Positions 21,425 through 29,324 of a stretch of DNA of 64,000 nt are shown here, piece by piece. The DNA is from an uncultured candidatus Porisulfidus sp. GTDB taxonomy: Bacteria > Pseudomonadota > Gammaproteobacteria > Poriferisulfidales > Poriferisulfidaceae. Each line of letters opens with the position of its first letter. The first letter of the stretch is position 1. The notes under the pieces were generated by a model that had not been told where the DNA came from, ran no database searches, and saw only the letters and a program-made list of their open reading frames with translations. The translations under genes and the position numbers were made by a program. The DNA is taken from positions 48,770 to 112,769 of the forward strand of contig OZ220694.1 of NCBI GenBank assembly GCA_965116525.1. Reading direction: 5' to 3'.

Positions 21425-21452
21425 ACTTTACATAATATTCCTTATGCGAAGT
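21425..21452 (-). other. dif-like XerC/XerD recombination site
   Basis: Minus strand ACTTCGCATAA-GGAATA-TTATGTAAAGT has the 11-6-11 layout of E. coli dif (GGTGCGCATAA-TGTATA-TTATGTTAAAT); intergenic. Confidence 0.8.
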
Positions 21453-21545
21453 ATAAGGTTTGGCAATTCGGGGGGGCTGGCACCATAACGGTAAGCGGCC
21501 AAGAGCCGCCTTTTCAGCTAAAACACTAGGAAATCAGCAAGGGAT

Positions 21546-22319
21546 CTAGAAATGCGCTTTGACCATCGCTTGAGCGACTGATTCAGTAATGCCAGGTATC
21601 CCGTACCGGTTATGCCAGTACAGCCATTCCACGCCGGCATAGATCTTCCCTGGTCGATCCAGCAAATGGCCCAGGTCCAGAAGCAACTGCGGTTGGGCGT
21701 GGAAATTGTGCTTCGAATAGGCAAATGTCCCAGACTTTCCTTCGGACCCGGCCCAGTCAATAAAGCCCGAGAAGTTCCAACGTGCCTGGCCGATCTCAAA
21801 ATCAGAACTCCAGATTATGGTCGTTTGCCATGTGGATCCTGACAATTCGGAGTTTTCCCTTAGATACCCATTGACCTGGAAAAAATTGAAGCCTGGCATT
21901 GCGAGGTCGACCGCTCCCCCGATCAGGTAATTGGAGATATCTTCACCCAATTCGACTGTGGCCGACAGGTATACATCTTGAATCGGCCCTGTGGACAAAT
22001 CCTTGCCGGTGATCTTGGATAAGCTCAGCCGTGGCGCCCATTCTCCGTAGAGAGTGTTGTCGCCCTGAACAAAGTTCGTAATGTCGACGAATGCGAAGTT
22101 GTCCCCGTAGGCCCAGCCGTTGGCCCACTCGAGAGTGAGAATGTCGACCTGTTCGGGTTCCAGCTCATAGTTCGATCCGTAAAGATACTGGACGTTGAAG
22201 GCATTCCAGGCCTGAACTGGAACTGGGAGAGATATCGCCACCGTCCCAAGAAAAGAGACAAAGGCCACGCGGATTATCGAAACTTTCCAGGACGATACAT
22301 TCATAGTGAAACGTGCCAT
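21546..22319 (-). CDS. Tsx-like nucleoside-binding outer-membrane channel
   Basis: Signal peptide, GWAYGDNFAFVD, YGEWAPRLSL, QPQLLLDLG, YWHNRYG, C-terminal Phe. Confidence 0.8.
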   Translation of the reverse strand: MARFTMNVSSWKVSIIRVAFVSFLGTVAISLPVPVQAWNAFNVQYLYGSNYELEPEQVDILTLEWANGWAYGDNFAFVDITNFVQGDNTLYGEWAPRLSLSKITGKDLSTGPIQDVYLSATVELGEDISNYLIGGAVDLAMPGFNFFQVNGYLRENSELSGSTWQTTIIWSSDFEIGQARWNFSGFIDWAGSEGKSGTFAYSKHNFHAQPQLLLDLGHLLDRPGKIYAGVEWLYWHNRYGIPGITESVAQAMVKAHF

Positions 22320-22490
22320 GTCTAATAATCAGGTAGATGAGGCGAGAACGAAGATTCTATGCCGAGTTGAATTATTACAATAAAATCTGTACAATCAGCC
22401 CGACGGTGCTCAATGCTTGGTAATCTTACTAGTAATGCGCGCCGCAAAAAGTGCACTAAAAAAACAAAACACAACAACTCTGGAGTTGAC

Positions 22491-22787
22491 ATGGATAAAA
22501 AAGTAAAGGCATTAGCCCTCGGGGCTATATTGAGTGGTGCCTTCCTCACTGGATGCGGCGTTCCTCAGGCGGTCATGGATCACCTTGCAACGTTGGATTC
22601 CCAAGTTGCTGCGGCTCAATCTACCGCAGATGAAGCATTGCGCATGGCCAAAGCGGCAGACCACATTGCATTCCAAGCTAATGAGGCAGCTAGAACAGCT
22701 GACGAGTTGGCGCGTATGGCAATTTCCTGCTGTGATGCGAATTCTCACCGCCTCAATACGATGATGCATAACATGCAGAAGAAGTAA
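22491..22787 (+). CDS. Lpp/OprI-type alanine-zipper outer-membrane lipoprotein
   Basis: Lipobox LTGC, Ala-rich heptads (AQSTADEALRMA), C-terminal Lys; GGAG Shine-Dalgarno. Confidence 0.85.
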   Translation: MDKKVKALALGAILSGAFLTGCGVPQAVMDHLATLDSQVAAAQSTADEALRMAKAADHIAFQANEAARTADELARMAISCCDANSHRLNTMMHNMQKK

Positions 22788-22811
22788 TCTTCAGCAATTG
22801 AATCATCAGAG

Positions 22812-22839
22812 AAAGGGCCTAAACAGGCCCTTTTTCTTT
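22812..22839. terminator. Intrinsic terminator, probably bidirectional
   Basis: AAAGGGCCT-AAAC-AGGCCCTTT plus T tract between convergent genes. Confidence 0.8.
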
Positions 22840-23860
22840 AGCTGGAGTCAGTGGGCTTGTCCAGCCTCCAAAGCAATTCCGGTCTTCCTTCCGGCACGGC
22901 CATTTGCACCTTGCGATCCCAGCCCACTGCGGCAGGCACTCCGAGTCGCTGCCGCGCAACTTCCATCACCTGCTCCCAGTAGATTACGTAGTTTCCTGCC
23001 GGCAGCTGCTCTTCAAGGGCGAAGATCGGCTGCAGGACATCCGTTTCTGTGAACATGGGATTCTTTTCCGGCATCGGAAACTCTTCCAGCGGCTTGGGGT
23101 GCGCTTCCATATAGACGATGCCATTCAGCAGTCCGATCTTGAGTGGCATCGACGTGATCTCGACCGGCGCATCAATGGGAACTCGGTGAATTAGTTCGGC
23201 GATGTCGTCGGAACGTAGTCGGATGCATCCGTGCGTCACTCTCATGCCGATGCCCTGCTCCCGGTTCGTTCCATGAATGAAATACCCGTCGGCTTCAAGC
23301 ATTAGGGCGTATCGCCCGAGAGGGTTGTCCGCGCCCGGGGGAACGACCTTGGGCAATTCCTCGCCCATGGCCGCATGCTCAAGAATGACCGATTTTGGTG
23401 GGTACCAGTTCGGGTTCTCGAGGCGGTCCAAGACCCGGGTGGGTCCGATGGGCGTCACCCAATCAACTCGCCCTGCGCTGATCGGGTAGGTTCGGACTAG
23501 GGACTTTCCGTCGGCATCGGTGTCAAAGTAGTAGAGTCGTAATTCCGCAAGGTTCAGCACTAAGCCCGCGCGAGCCTTTCCCGGTAGAATGTATTGTCTG
23601 GGTATGTGCACCTGGACGCCCTCCCCGGGCATCCAAGTATGTACATTCGGATTGGCCGATAGCAATTCATGGTATCCAATCTGATGCATCTGAGCCAACA
23701 TCGGCGTTGTTTCGCCGTAGTGTGTTGTGATGTTGTAGGAAGTCCCCAGCACCGAATCTCCGTTTTTAGGCAGATCAAGGAGCTCAGCGCCCGCCATAGG
23801 CAGGGCCAGGGCGAAGACCACCCCGCCCCAGAGACTTTTCCAAAAGAACCCGCCCGACAT
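22838..23860 (-). CDS. L,D-transpeptidase (ErfK/YbiS/YcfS/YnhG family)
   Basis: NLAELRLYY, PGADNPLG, IHGT...THGCIRL. Confidence 0.92.
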   Translation of the reverse strand: MSGGFFWKSLWGGVVFALALPMAGAELLDLPKNGDSVLGTSYNITTHYGETTPMLAQMHQIGYHELLSANPNVHTWMPGEGVQVHIPRQYILPGKARAGLVLNLAELRLYYFDTDADGKSLVRTYPISAGRVDWVTPIGPTRVLDRLENPNWYPPKSVILEHAAMGEELPKVVPPGADNPLGRYALMLEADGYFIHGTNREQGIGMRVTHGCIRLRSDDIAELIHRVPIDAPVEITSMPLKIGLLNGIVYMEAHPKPLEEFPMPEKNPMFTETDVLQPIFALEEQLPAGNYVIYWEQVMEVARQRLGVPAAVGWDRKVQMAVPEGRPELLWRLDKPTDSS

Positions 23861-23910
23861 GCCTGCAAATATACTAGTGTGCTGACGGCCGAATTATAAC
23901 CGAATTATCC

Positions 23911-25050
23911 ATGCCTTACAGCGATTTATTTGAATTGAATCCAAACTTGGTTCACCTGAACCATGCAGGGGTTGCCCCATGGCCAAGGACGACGGTCAAG
24001 GCCGTGACTCAGTTCGCTTACGAGAATGCAAGCTGGAGCACTCGCCGTTACGAGACATGGTTGCAGGAGGAGCAGGAACTGCGCGAGCTTGGCCGTTGGT
24101 TGGTGGACGCGGAATCGAAGGATGAGATTGCCTTCCTGAAAAATACTTCCGAGGGGATTTCCTCTGTGGCATTCGGGCTGGATTGGAAAGCTGGGGACAA
24201 CATCGTCTTGGCGCAGGAGGAATTCCCTTCGAACCGGATTCCTTGGGAGGCCGTGGCCGAACGGCATTCGGCTGAGATTCGCTGGGTGGATGTCAATGCG
24301 ACGGAAGCTCCGGAAAACGCGCTTCTCGAACAGGTTGACTCGCGCACTCGGGTTCTGACGACCAGTTCCGTCCACTACGCCTCGGGACTCAAGATGGATC
24401 TTTCCCTGTTAGGCCAGGCTTTACACGATGCCCCTACCCTATTCTGCGTCGATGCAATCCAGAGTTTGGGCGCGCATTCACTAAGTGTGCGTGAAAGCAG
24501 GATTGATTTTCTGGCCGCAGATGCGCACAAGTGGATGCTGGGGCCGGAAGGCATCGCGCTGTTCTGGGTTCGCCCGGAGCTGTATGAACGGCTGAACCTA
24601 TCCCAATACGGCTGGCACATGGTTGCTCGGGCGGGGCAATACGATGAGGCGACTTGGGAGGTGGCCCCCGATGCCCGCAGGTTTGAATGCGGGAGCCTGA
24701 ATACACTCGGCATCTATGCCCTGCGCGCCAGCTTGGACCTGCTGCACGAGGTCGGCATGATGGATATAGAGGAGCGGATTGCGGATCGAATTCAGCAACT
24801 CGATCAATCCCTGCGTGCCTTGGATTGCCGGATCCTGACCCCCTTGGAACCTGACCGGCGTGCAGGAATCCTGACGTTCTCTCCTTCCCGGCAGGAGAGT
24901 GGAAAAGTGTACAGGCAACTAATGGAGCGAGGTATTCTCTGTGCGGCACGCGGTGGAGGCATCCGCTTCTCCCCTCACTTTTATACTCCGGGAAACGCCT
25001 TGCAGTTTGCGCTCGAGACCTTGCAAGAAATTCTCGACAGCGATTCCTAG
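23911..25050 (+). CDS. Class V PLP-dependent aminotransferase/desulfurase-like protein
   Basis: NTSEG, DAIQSLG, HKWMLGP, RFSPHFY. Confidence 0.87.
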   Translation: MPYSDLFELNPNLVHLNHAGVAPWPRTTVKAVTQFAYENASWSTRRYETWLQEEQELRELGRWLVDAESKDEIAFLKNTSEGISSVAFGLDWKAGDNIVLAQEEFPSNRIPWEAVAERHSAEIRWVDVNATEAPENALLEQVDSRTRVLTTSSVHYASGLKMDLSLLGQALHDAPTLFCVDAIQSLGAHSLSVRESRIDFLAADAHKWMLGPEGIALFWVRPELYERLNLSQYGWHMVARAGQYDEATWEVAPDARRFECGSLNTLGIYALRASLDLLHEVGMMDIEERIADRIQQLDQSLRALDCRILTPLEPDRRAGILTFSPSRQESGKVYRQLMERGILCAARGGGIRFSPHFYTPGNALQFALETLQEILDSDS

Positions 25051-26063
25051 CTCGCGCCCCGGGAGGCACCCGTCAAAGCGAGGCATGCCGCCTCCAAGTT
25101 CAACTGCGGCGCAGGAATGCTGGATTCTCGCGCCCGGATCTCCAGCAACTTTTGGTAGACATTGAGGATTGCCTGGACATTCTGTACAGAATCTTTTTCG
25201 TCCACTTTCTTTCGGGCTTCCGCCACCGCCCGGTCGATCAGCCAGACCAGCCGCAGATCCATGGAGATTTCCTCTTGTGGCTCTTCGCTCCCCGATCGGG
25301 CTTTCCCCTTGCTTTGGGCTGGAGTGACATTCCATGCGCTGGCGAAAGCTGACTCCGATTGCTTGCCTTCCAAGACATCGCGCAAGCCTTGTTCGAATTC
25401 GTTTCGGAAGTCCACTTGACCATCCTGCTGCATCTTCAGAGCCCGCATCGGCATGCCGCCCCCTGCGTTCAAGGCGCCTTCGGCCTGTTCAGGAGTCATG
25501 AAGTCAGCCAACCACGCCCGGCTCTGTTCTGGACTCGGTTCCGGCAAGGCATACCTCTGGCACCGGCTTCGGATCGTCGCCAGCAGGCGTCCCGGCTGAT
25601 GGCTGATCAGAAAAAGCATAGTGTCGGGGGGTGGCTCTTCAAGACTTTTCAAGAGCGCATTCGAGGCCGCCCGGGTCATCCTTTCGGCCGGCTCGATCAC
25701 TAAAAGCCTCATACGCCCGTAGTTGGCCTTGAGGGTCAGCCTCTGGATGATTTGGTCTCGGATGTCGCCAATCCCGATGGAGTAGCGGGTGATGGTTAAC
25801 CAGTCAATGTCGGGGTGGGATTTTCTTTCGAGTTGGCGGTATGAAACGTACTGCTTGCACGAAGGACATTCGTTGCAGGGCAGGCCTTGTGCTGTTGGTG
25901 AGTGGCACTGAACGCCGCGCACGAAGGCTTCGACAAGCCAGCGCTTGCCGATTCCGGACGGCCCGGTGACCAGCACTGCGTGTGGCAGCCGGCCTTCTCG
26001 GTAGGCAACCCTCCATTGCTCCCAGATCGGTTCCAGCCAAGTCGGCACTTGCTGTTCGGCCAT
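25047..26063 (-). CDS. holB: DNA polymerase III subunit delta'
   Basis: GPSGIGK, PCNECPSC, HPD, NALLKSLEEPP, TIRSRC; downstream of tmk. Confidence 0.92.
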   Translation of the reverse strand: MAEQQVPTWLEPIWEQWRVAYREGRLPHAVLVTGPSGIGKRWLVEAFVRGVQCHSPTAQGLPCNECPSCKQYVSYRQLERKSHPDIDWLTITRYSIGIGDIRDQIIQRLTLKANYGRMRLLVIEPAERMTRAASNALLKSLEEPPPDTMLFLISHQPGRLLATIRSRCQRYALPEPSPEQSRAWLADFMTPEQAEGALNAGGGMPMRALKMQQDGQVDFRNEFEQGLRDVLEGKQSESAFASAWNVTPAQSKGKARSGSEEPQEEISMDLRLVWLIDRAVAEARKKVDEKDSVQNVQAILNVYQKLLEIRARESSIPAPQLNLEAACLALTGASRGAS

Positions 26064-26674
26064 CAGATCAGCTCAAGCACAATTTCCAAAAGTTCCTGAT
26101 GAACCTCATCCACTGGGCGTTCCGCATCGACCACCCGGTAGCGCTCGGGTTCGGAGGCGGCCTGGTCGAGGTAATACTGTCGCGCACGAGTGAAGAACTC
26201 CACATCGTTTTCTTCATAGCGGTCTTTTTTCTGCCCGCGCTTTTGAACGCGTTCCAACGCCGTGGTCACCGAGGTGTCCAGAACGAGAACCAGGTCCGGG
26301 CGCAAGTCGGGGAGAAGCCATTGCGCCAATTCTCCGACCCGGTCAACGCCGAGCCCCTGACCTGCCCCCTGATAGGCGAAACTGGCATCGAGAAAACGGT
26401 CCGTCAGCACCCATGAACCAGCCTCTAGGGCCGGTTTGATGAGTGTGTGAACATGCTCCGCCCGGGCCGCAAAAAGTAGAAGCAGTTCAGCTTCCACGCT
26501 TGAGGGTGCTTGGGTCTTGGACAGCAGGATTTCCCGGATGCGTTCGCCAAATTCAGTCCCGCCGGGCTCCCGGGTCGGCAGGCAGGAAATCTTGTGGGAC
26601 TCAAGCAAGTCCACGAGAGCCGGCAGATGAGTTGACTTTCCGGCCCCTTCGATGCCTTCAAGGCTGATAAACAT
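26063..26674 (-). CDS. tmk: Thymidylate kinase (original N-terminal codons displaced by insertions)
   Basis: FISLEGIEGAGKST, TREPGG, DRF; the remaining ATG lies inside the 8-bp TSD. Confidence 0.95.
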   Translation of the reverse strand: MFISLEGIEGAGKSTHLPALVDLLESHKISCLPTREPGGTEFGERIREILLSKTQAPSSVEAELLLLFAARAEHVHTLIKPALEAGSWVLTDRFLDASFAYQGAGQGLGVDRVGELAQWLLPDLRPDLVLVLDTSVTTALERVQKRGQKKDRYEENDVEFFTRARQYYLDQAASEPERYRVVDAERPVDEVHQELLEIVLELI

Positions 26675-26675
26675 G
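26668..26675. repeat. 8-bp target-site duplication TAAACATG (copy 1)
   Basis: Identical to 27994-28001; directly abuts the TIR. Confidence 0.9.
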
Positions 26676-26702
26676 GGGAATTACTAACATAACTAGACAA
26701 AC
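26676..26702 (+). repeat. TIR at the tnpB 3' end
   Basis: GGGAATTACTAACATAACTAGACAAAC; contains the tnpB stop codon. Confidence 0.9.
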
Positions 26703-27940
26703 TCGCGCCTGTCCGGTTCTGCAATTTCTTGACGCTTCACAGGCCGACTGTGGCAGGATGCCCCGCCGGTGTCGCCACCTCCACGTCCAGTTGCCCCATT
26801 CCCGAAGGCCAAAATATTCAATGCGGCGTTCACGTCCGCATCGTCTGCGTGCCCGCAAGCGGTGCACTTGAAGTCTGATTGCTTTCTGCTGTCCTTGTCG
26901 ACATGCCCGCACTGGTGGCAGGTCTGGCTGGTGTACGCCGGATGCACCTTGCGTACTTCCGTCTTGTAGTTCAGGCACAATTCCAGCGTGCCCCATGCGC
27001 TGGCCAGAATCTTCCGGTTCAGGGCAGATTTCGCATTGACGCTCTTGCCAGGATTTTCGATGGTTCCCTTGGCGGATTTAGTCATGCCCCGGATTTTCAG
27101 TTTCTCCATGTAGGCCACGTCGTACCGTGAAGCAATGTCCTTGCTGGTGTGGTGCGCCCAGTTAAGCCGTGCGAAGCGTTCGGCCCGGAACGCCCTCTGC
27201 AACCGCACTTTCGTCACCTTCCTGCGATTGCTTCCTTTCACCTGACGCGCCAACTTGCGCTGGTATCGCTTGCGCCGGGCGACCTTTTTCCCAAGGTCGG
27301 GGCCCGGGTGCTTCGTGCCATCCGACAGTACGGCCCAACGTCCCTCCGACACGTTACGGTCGATGCCCACTTCCCGGATGCTGTGCGGAAGACTCGCTTC
27401 TGCCTGAACTTCATAGGTCAGGTAGGCGTACCAGTCTCCGCATTCATGCTTGATCCGGCCGGACTTGAATTCGCCGTCCGGGTACGGATTGTTGCCGTTT
27501 ATCTTCATCCAGCCGATCTTCTGCACGTACAGGCTGTCGCCCACCACCTTCGCGGATTCGTAATTAATTGGAAACGAAGGCGCAGTCGTCCACTTGCCAT
27601 GGAATCGCGGAGGCTTCCGATTGAGTTTGCCTCCCGCTTTCACATCAGCAAAGAATGCCTTGTAGCTCGTCTCGATGGGCTTCAGGGAGATTCTGACCAC
27701 CTTGGACGGATAGTCTTGCAACCATTTTGTCGTGCCATCTTCTCTCCGCATGACGGTGAATACATGGCATAGGGAATAGTGCCGGAAGTCCGGCTTGATG
27801 CCGAACTCGTATTCATCCTTGAGTTTCCCGACCATGTGGTTCCAGACGAACCGACAGGCTCCGGCGGTGCCGTGGAGCAACTGGTGCTTCCGGCTGGAAC
27901 CCGGATGCAGGCGGTAACGAATGGTTCGATGGACTATCAT
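26693..27940 (-). CDS. tnpB: RNA-guided endonuclease TnpB
   Basis: YRLHP...GACRFVWN HTH, RuvC-I VGIDRN, RuvC-II YMEKL, YTSQTCHQCG...CTACG zinc ribbon, RuvC-III DADVNAALNI. Confidence 0.95.
   Translation of the reverse strand: MIVHRTIRYRLHPGSSRKHQLLHGTAGACRFVWNHMVGKLKDEYEFGIKPDFRHYSLCHVFTVMRREDGTTKWLQDYPSKVVRISLKPIETSYKAFFADVKAGGKLNRKPPRFHGKWTTAPSFPINYESAKVVGDSLYVQKIGWMKINGNNPYPDGEFKSGRIKHECGDWYAYLTYEVQAEASLPHSIREVGIDRNVSEGRWAVLSDGTKHPGPDLGKKVARRKRYQRKLARQVKGSNRRKVTKVRLQRAFRAERFARLNWAHHTSKDIASRYDVAYMEKLKIRGMTKSAKGTIENPGKSVNAKSALNRKILASAWGTLELCLNYKTEVRKVHPAYTSQTCHQCGHVDKDSRKQSDFKCTACGHADDADVNAALNILAFGNGATGRGGGDTGGASCHSRPVKRQEIAEPDRREFV
26729..26830 (-). ncRNA. Putative omegaRNA (reRNA) scaffold overlapping the tnpB 3' end
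   Basis: Follows the RuvC-III codons; nested pairings GACG/CGTC, CGAC/GTCG and GGCGGG-GCAT-CCTGCC; ends in TCAA; boundaries inferred. Confidence 0.45.
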
Positions 27941-27946
27941 TGCAGG

Positions 27947-27975
27947 ATTATTGTCCTTGAGTTGTGGTCTGTCAA
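27947..27975 (-). promoter_or_regulatory. Sigma70-type tnpB promoter with its -35 inside the TIR
   Basis: TTGACA-N17-AATAAT, then 6 nt before the tnpB ATG. Confidence 0.7.
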
Positions 27976-27993
27976 GTTATGTTAGTAATTCCC
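27967..27993 (-). repeat. TIR at the tnpB 5' end
   Basis: Reverse complement GGGAATTACTAACATAACTTGACAGAC. Confidence 0.9.
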
Positions 27994-28001
27994 TAAACAT
28001 G
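27994..28001. repeat. 8-bp target-site duplication TAAACATG (copy 2)
   Basis: Identical to 26668-26675. Confidence 0.9.
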
Positions 28002-28005
28002 CCCC

Positions 28006-29310
28006 CTGATTTCAATTAGTAACTGCAACGATTCCGGCAACCGGCGGGAATGGAGAATGAGTTGCGGTACCCTCTCATTGTCAAAAACCGCCTGGATGAG
28101 AGGCAATTATGAGCGGTTACACGCAACTCACCCCGAGACAACGATACCAGATTGAGCTGTATCGGAACGAATACCAACTGAGCCAAGCGGAGATCGCCCG
28201 GCGTCTGGGCATTCACCGAAGCACGGTCGGCCGCGAGCTGAGGCGCAACGGCAGTGGCCGGTCGGGAGGCTATCAGGCCGAACGGGCGCAACAGAAAGCC
28301 GAGCAGCGGCGCCGGCAGAAAACCCGACGGCGGGTTCCGCCGGCCCTGGTGCACCAGGTGGAGGCGCTGCTTCGGCAATACTGGAGCCCGCAGCAGATCA
28401 GCCAATGGCTGCGCAAGGAGAGGCGCCCGAGCGTCAGTCACGAGTGGATCTACCAATGGATCCTGAAAGACAAGCGCGGCGGCGGCGACCTGTACCGTTG
28501 CCTGCGCCATTGCCGGAAGCGGCGCAAGCGGTATGGCAGCGTGCCGCGAGGCTCGACGATTCCGGATCGCACGCCGATCGAACAACGCCCGGCGGTGGTC
28601 GAGACCCGGTCCCGCCTGGGGGACTGGGAAGCCGACACCGTGATCGGATGCCGCAGCAGCGGGGTTCTGGTGTCCCTGACCGAACGCCGCTCCCGGCTGG
28701 TGCGCCTGGCCCATCTCGCCCGGCGCAAGGCCGACGACGTGGCGGCGCAGGTGATCGACCGGCTCCAGCCGCTGGCAGCCTGGGTCCTCACCGTGACGTC
28801 GGACAACGGCACCGAGTTCGCCGGCCACCGCCGGATCGCCCGGCACCTGCAGGCGGCCTTTTACTTTGCCCGGCCCTATGCCGCCTGGCAGCGCGGCAGC
28901 AACGAGAACGCCAATGGTCTGATCCGGCAGTACTTCCCGAAGTCCCACCGCTTCGACACGATCACCGAAGAAGAACTACGCCGGGTTGAGGAGCAACTCA
29001 ACAATCGACCGCGGCGCTGCCTTGGCTGGCGCACCCCGAACGAGGTGTTCTTCGGGCCGGATGCCCCCGTGGCGGAAGCCTGGCGGGAACAGTTGGAACG
29101 GCTTCTGTAAGCGTCTCTTCGTCCCCCACCAAAGCCCGTCTGGCAACGCCAGAACCGCCTCCCTTTGGACGGACGAGCCCGAAAGTGGCTTCGGAACGCT
29201 AGATACCCAGGCTGCCGCTGCCGAGAATCGAAAAAACTTTCCTTGGAGACAGCCGACTGACCGTCTCGCACTTCGTTTTACAATCTGTTGCAGTTACTAG
29301 TTGAAATCAG
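28006..29310 (+). mobile_element. IS30-family insertion sequence
   Basis: TIRs CTGATTTCAA(T/C)TAGTAACTGCAAC at both ends; inserted in a C run consistent with a 2-bp TSD; encodes an IS30 transposase. Confidence 0.92.
28109..29110 (+). CDS. IS30-family DDE transposase
   Basis: HTH IARRLGIHRSTVGRELRRN, WSPQQI, GDWEADT, SDNGTEF, RGSNENANGLIRQYFPK, LNNRPR. Confidence 0.95.
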   Translation: MSGYTQLTPRQRYQIELYRNEYQLSQAEIARRLGIHRSTVGRELRRNGSGRSGGYQAERAQQKAEQRRRQKTRRRVPPALVHQVEALLRQYWSPQQISQWLRKERRPSVSHEWIYQWILKDKRGGGDLYRCLRHCRKRRKRYGSVPRGSTIPDRTPIEQRPAVVETRSRLGDWEADTVIGCRSSGVLVSLTERRSRLVRLAHLARRKADDVAAQVIDRLQPLAAWVLTVTSDNGTEFAGHRRIARHLQAAFYFARPYAAWQRGSNENANGLIRQYFPKSHRFDTITEEELRRVEEQLNNRPRRCLGWRTPNEVFFGPDAPVAEAWREQLERLL

Positions 29311-29324
29311 CCCCCTCTCCGGCG

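Larger units (their letters stand above)
26676..27993 (-). mobile_element. Non-autonomous TIR element carrying only tnpB (IS1595-like ends)
   Basis: 27-bp TIRs GGGAATTACTAACATAACT(A/T)GACA(A/G)AC, 25/27 identical; 8-bp TSD; no transposase inside. Confidence 0.88.

Noticed and set aside
26693-27940. Cas12f-like CRISPR effector
   Set aside because: No repeat-spacer array or cas genes were seen nearby or elsewhere in the window.
26676-27993. IStron (self-splicing intron that would restore tmk)
   Set aside because: Only 53 nt precede the tnpB ATG inside the element, leaving no room for a group I intron core.
28016-28948. 310-aa antisense ORF in IS30
   Set aside because: Shadow of the GC-rich transposase gene with no recognisable motifs.
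26676-29310. TnpB element plus IS30 as one composite transposon in which IS30 transposase mobilises tnpB
   Set aside because: Each unit has its own distinct TIR pair, 12 bp of host tmk-derived sequence separates them, and an 8-bp TSD does not fit IS30 (2-3 bp).
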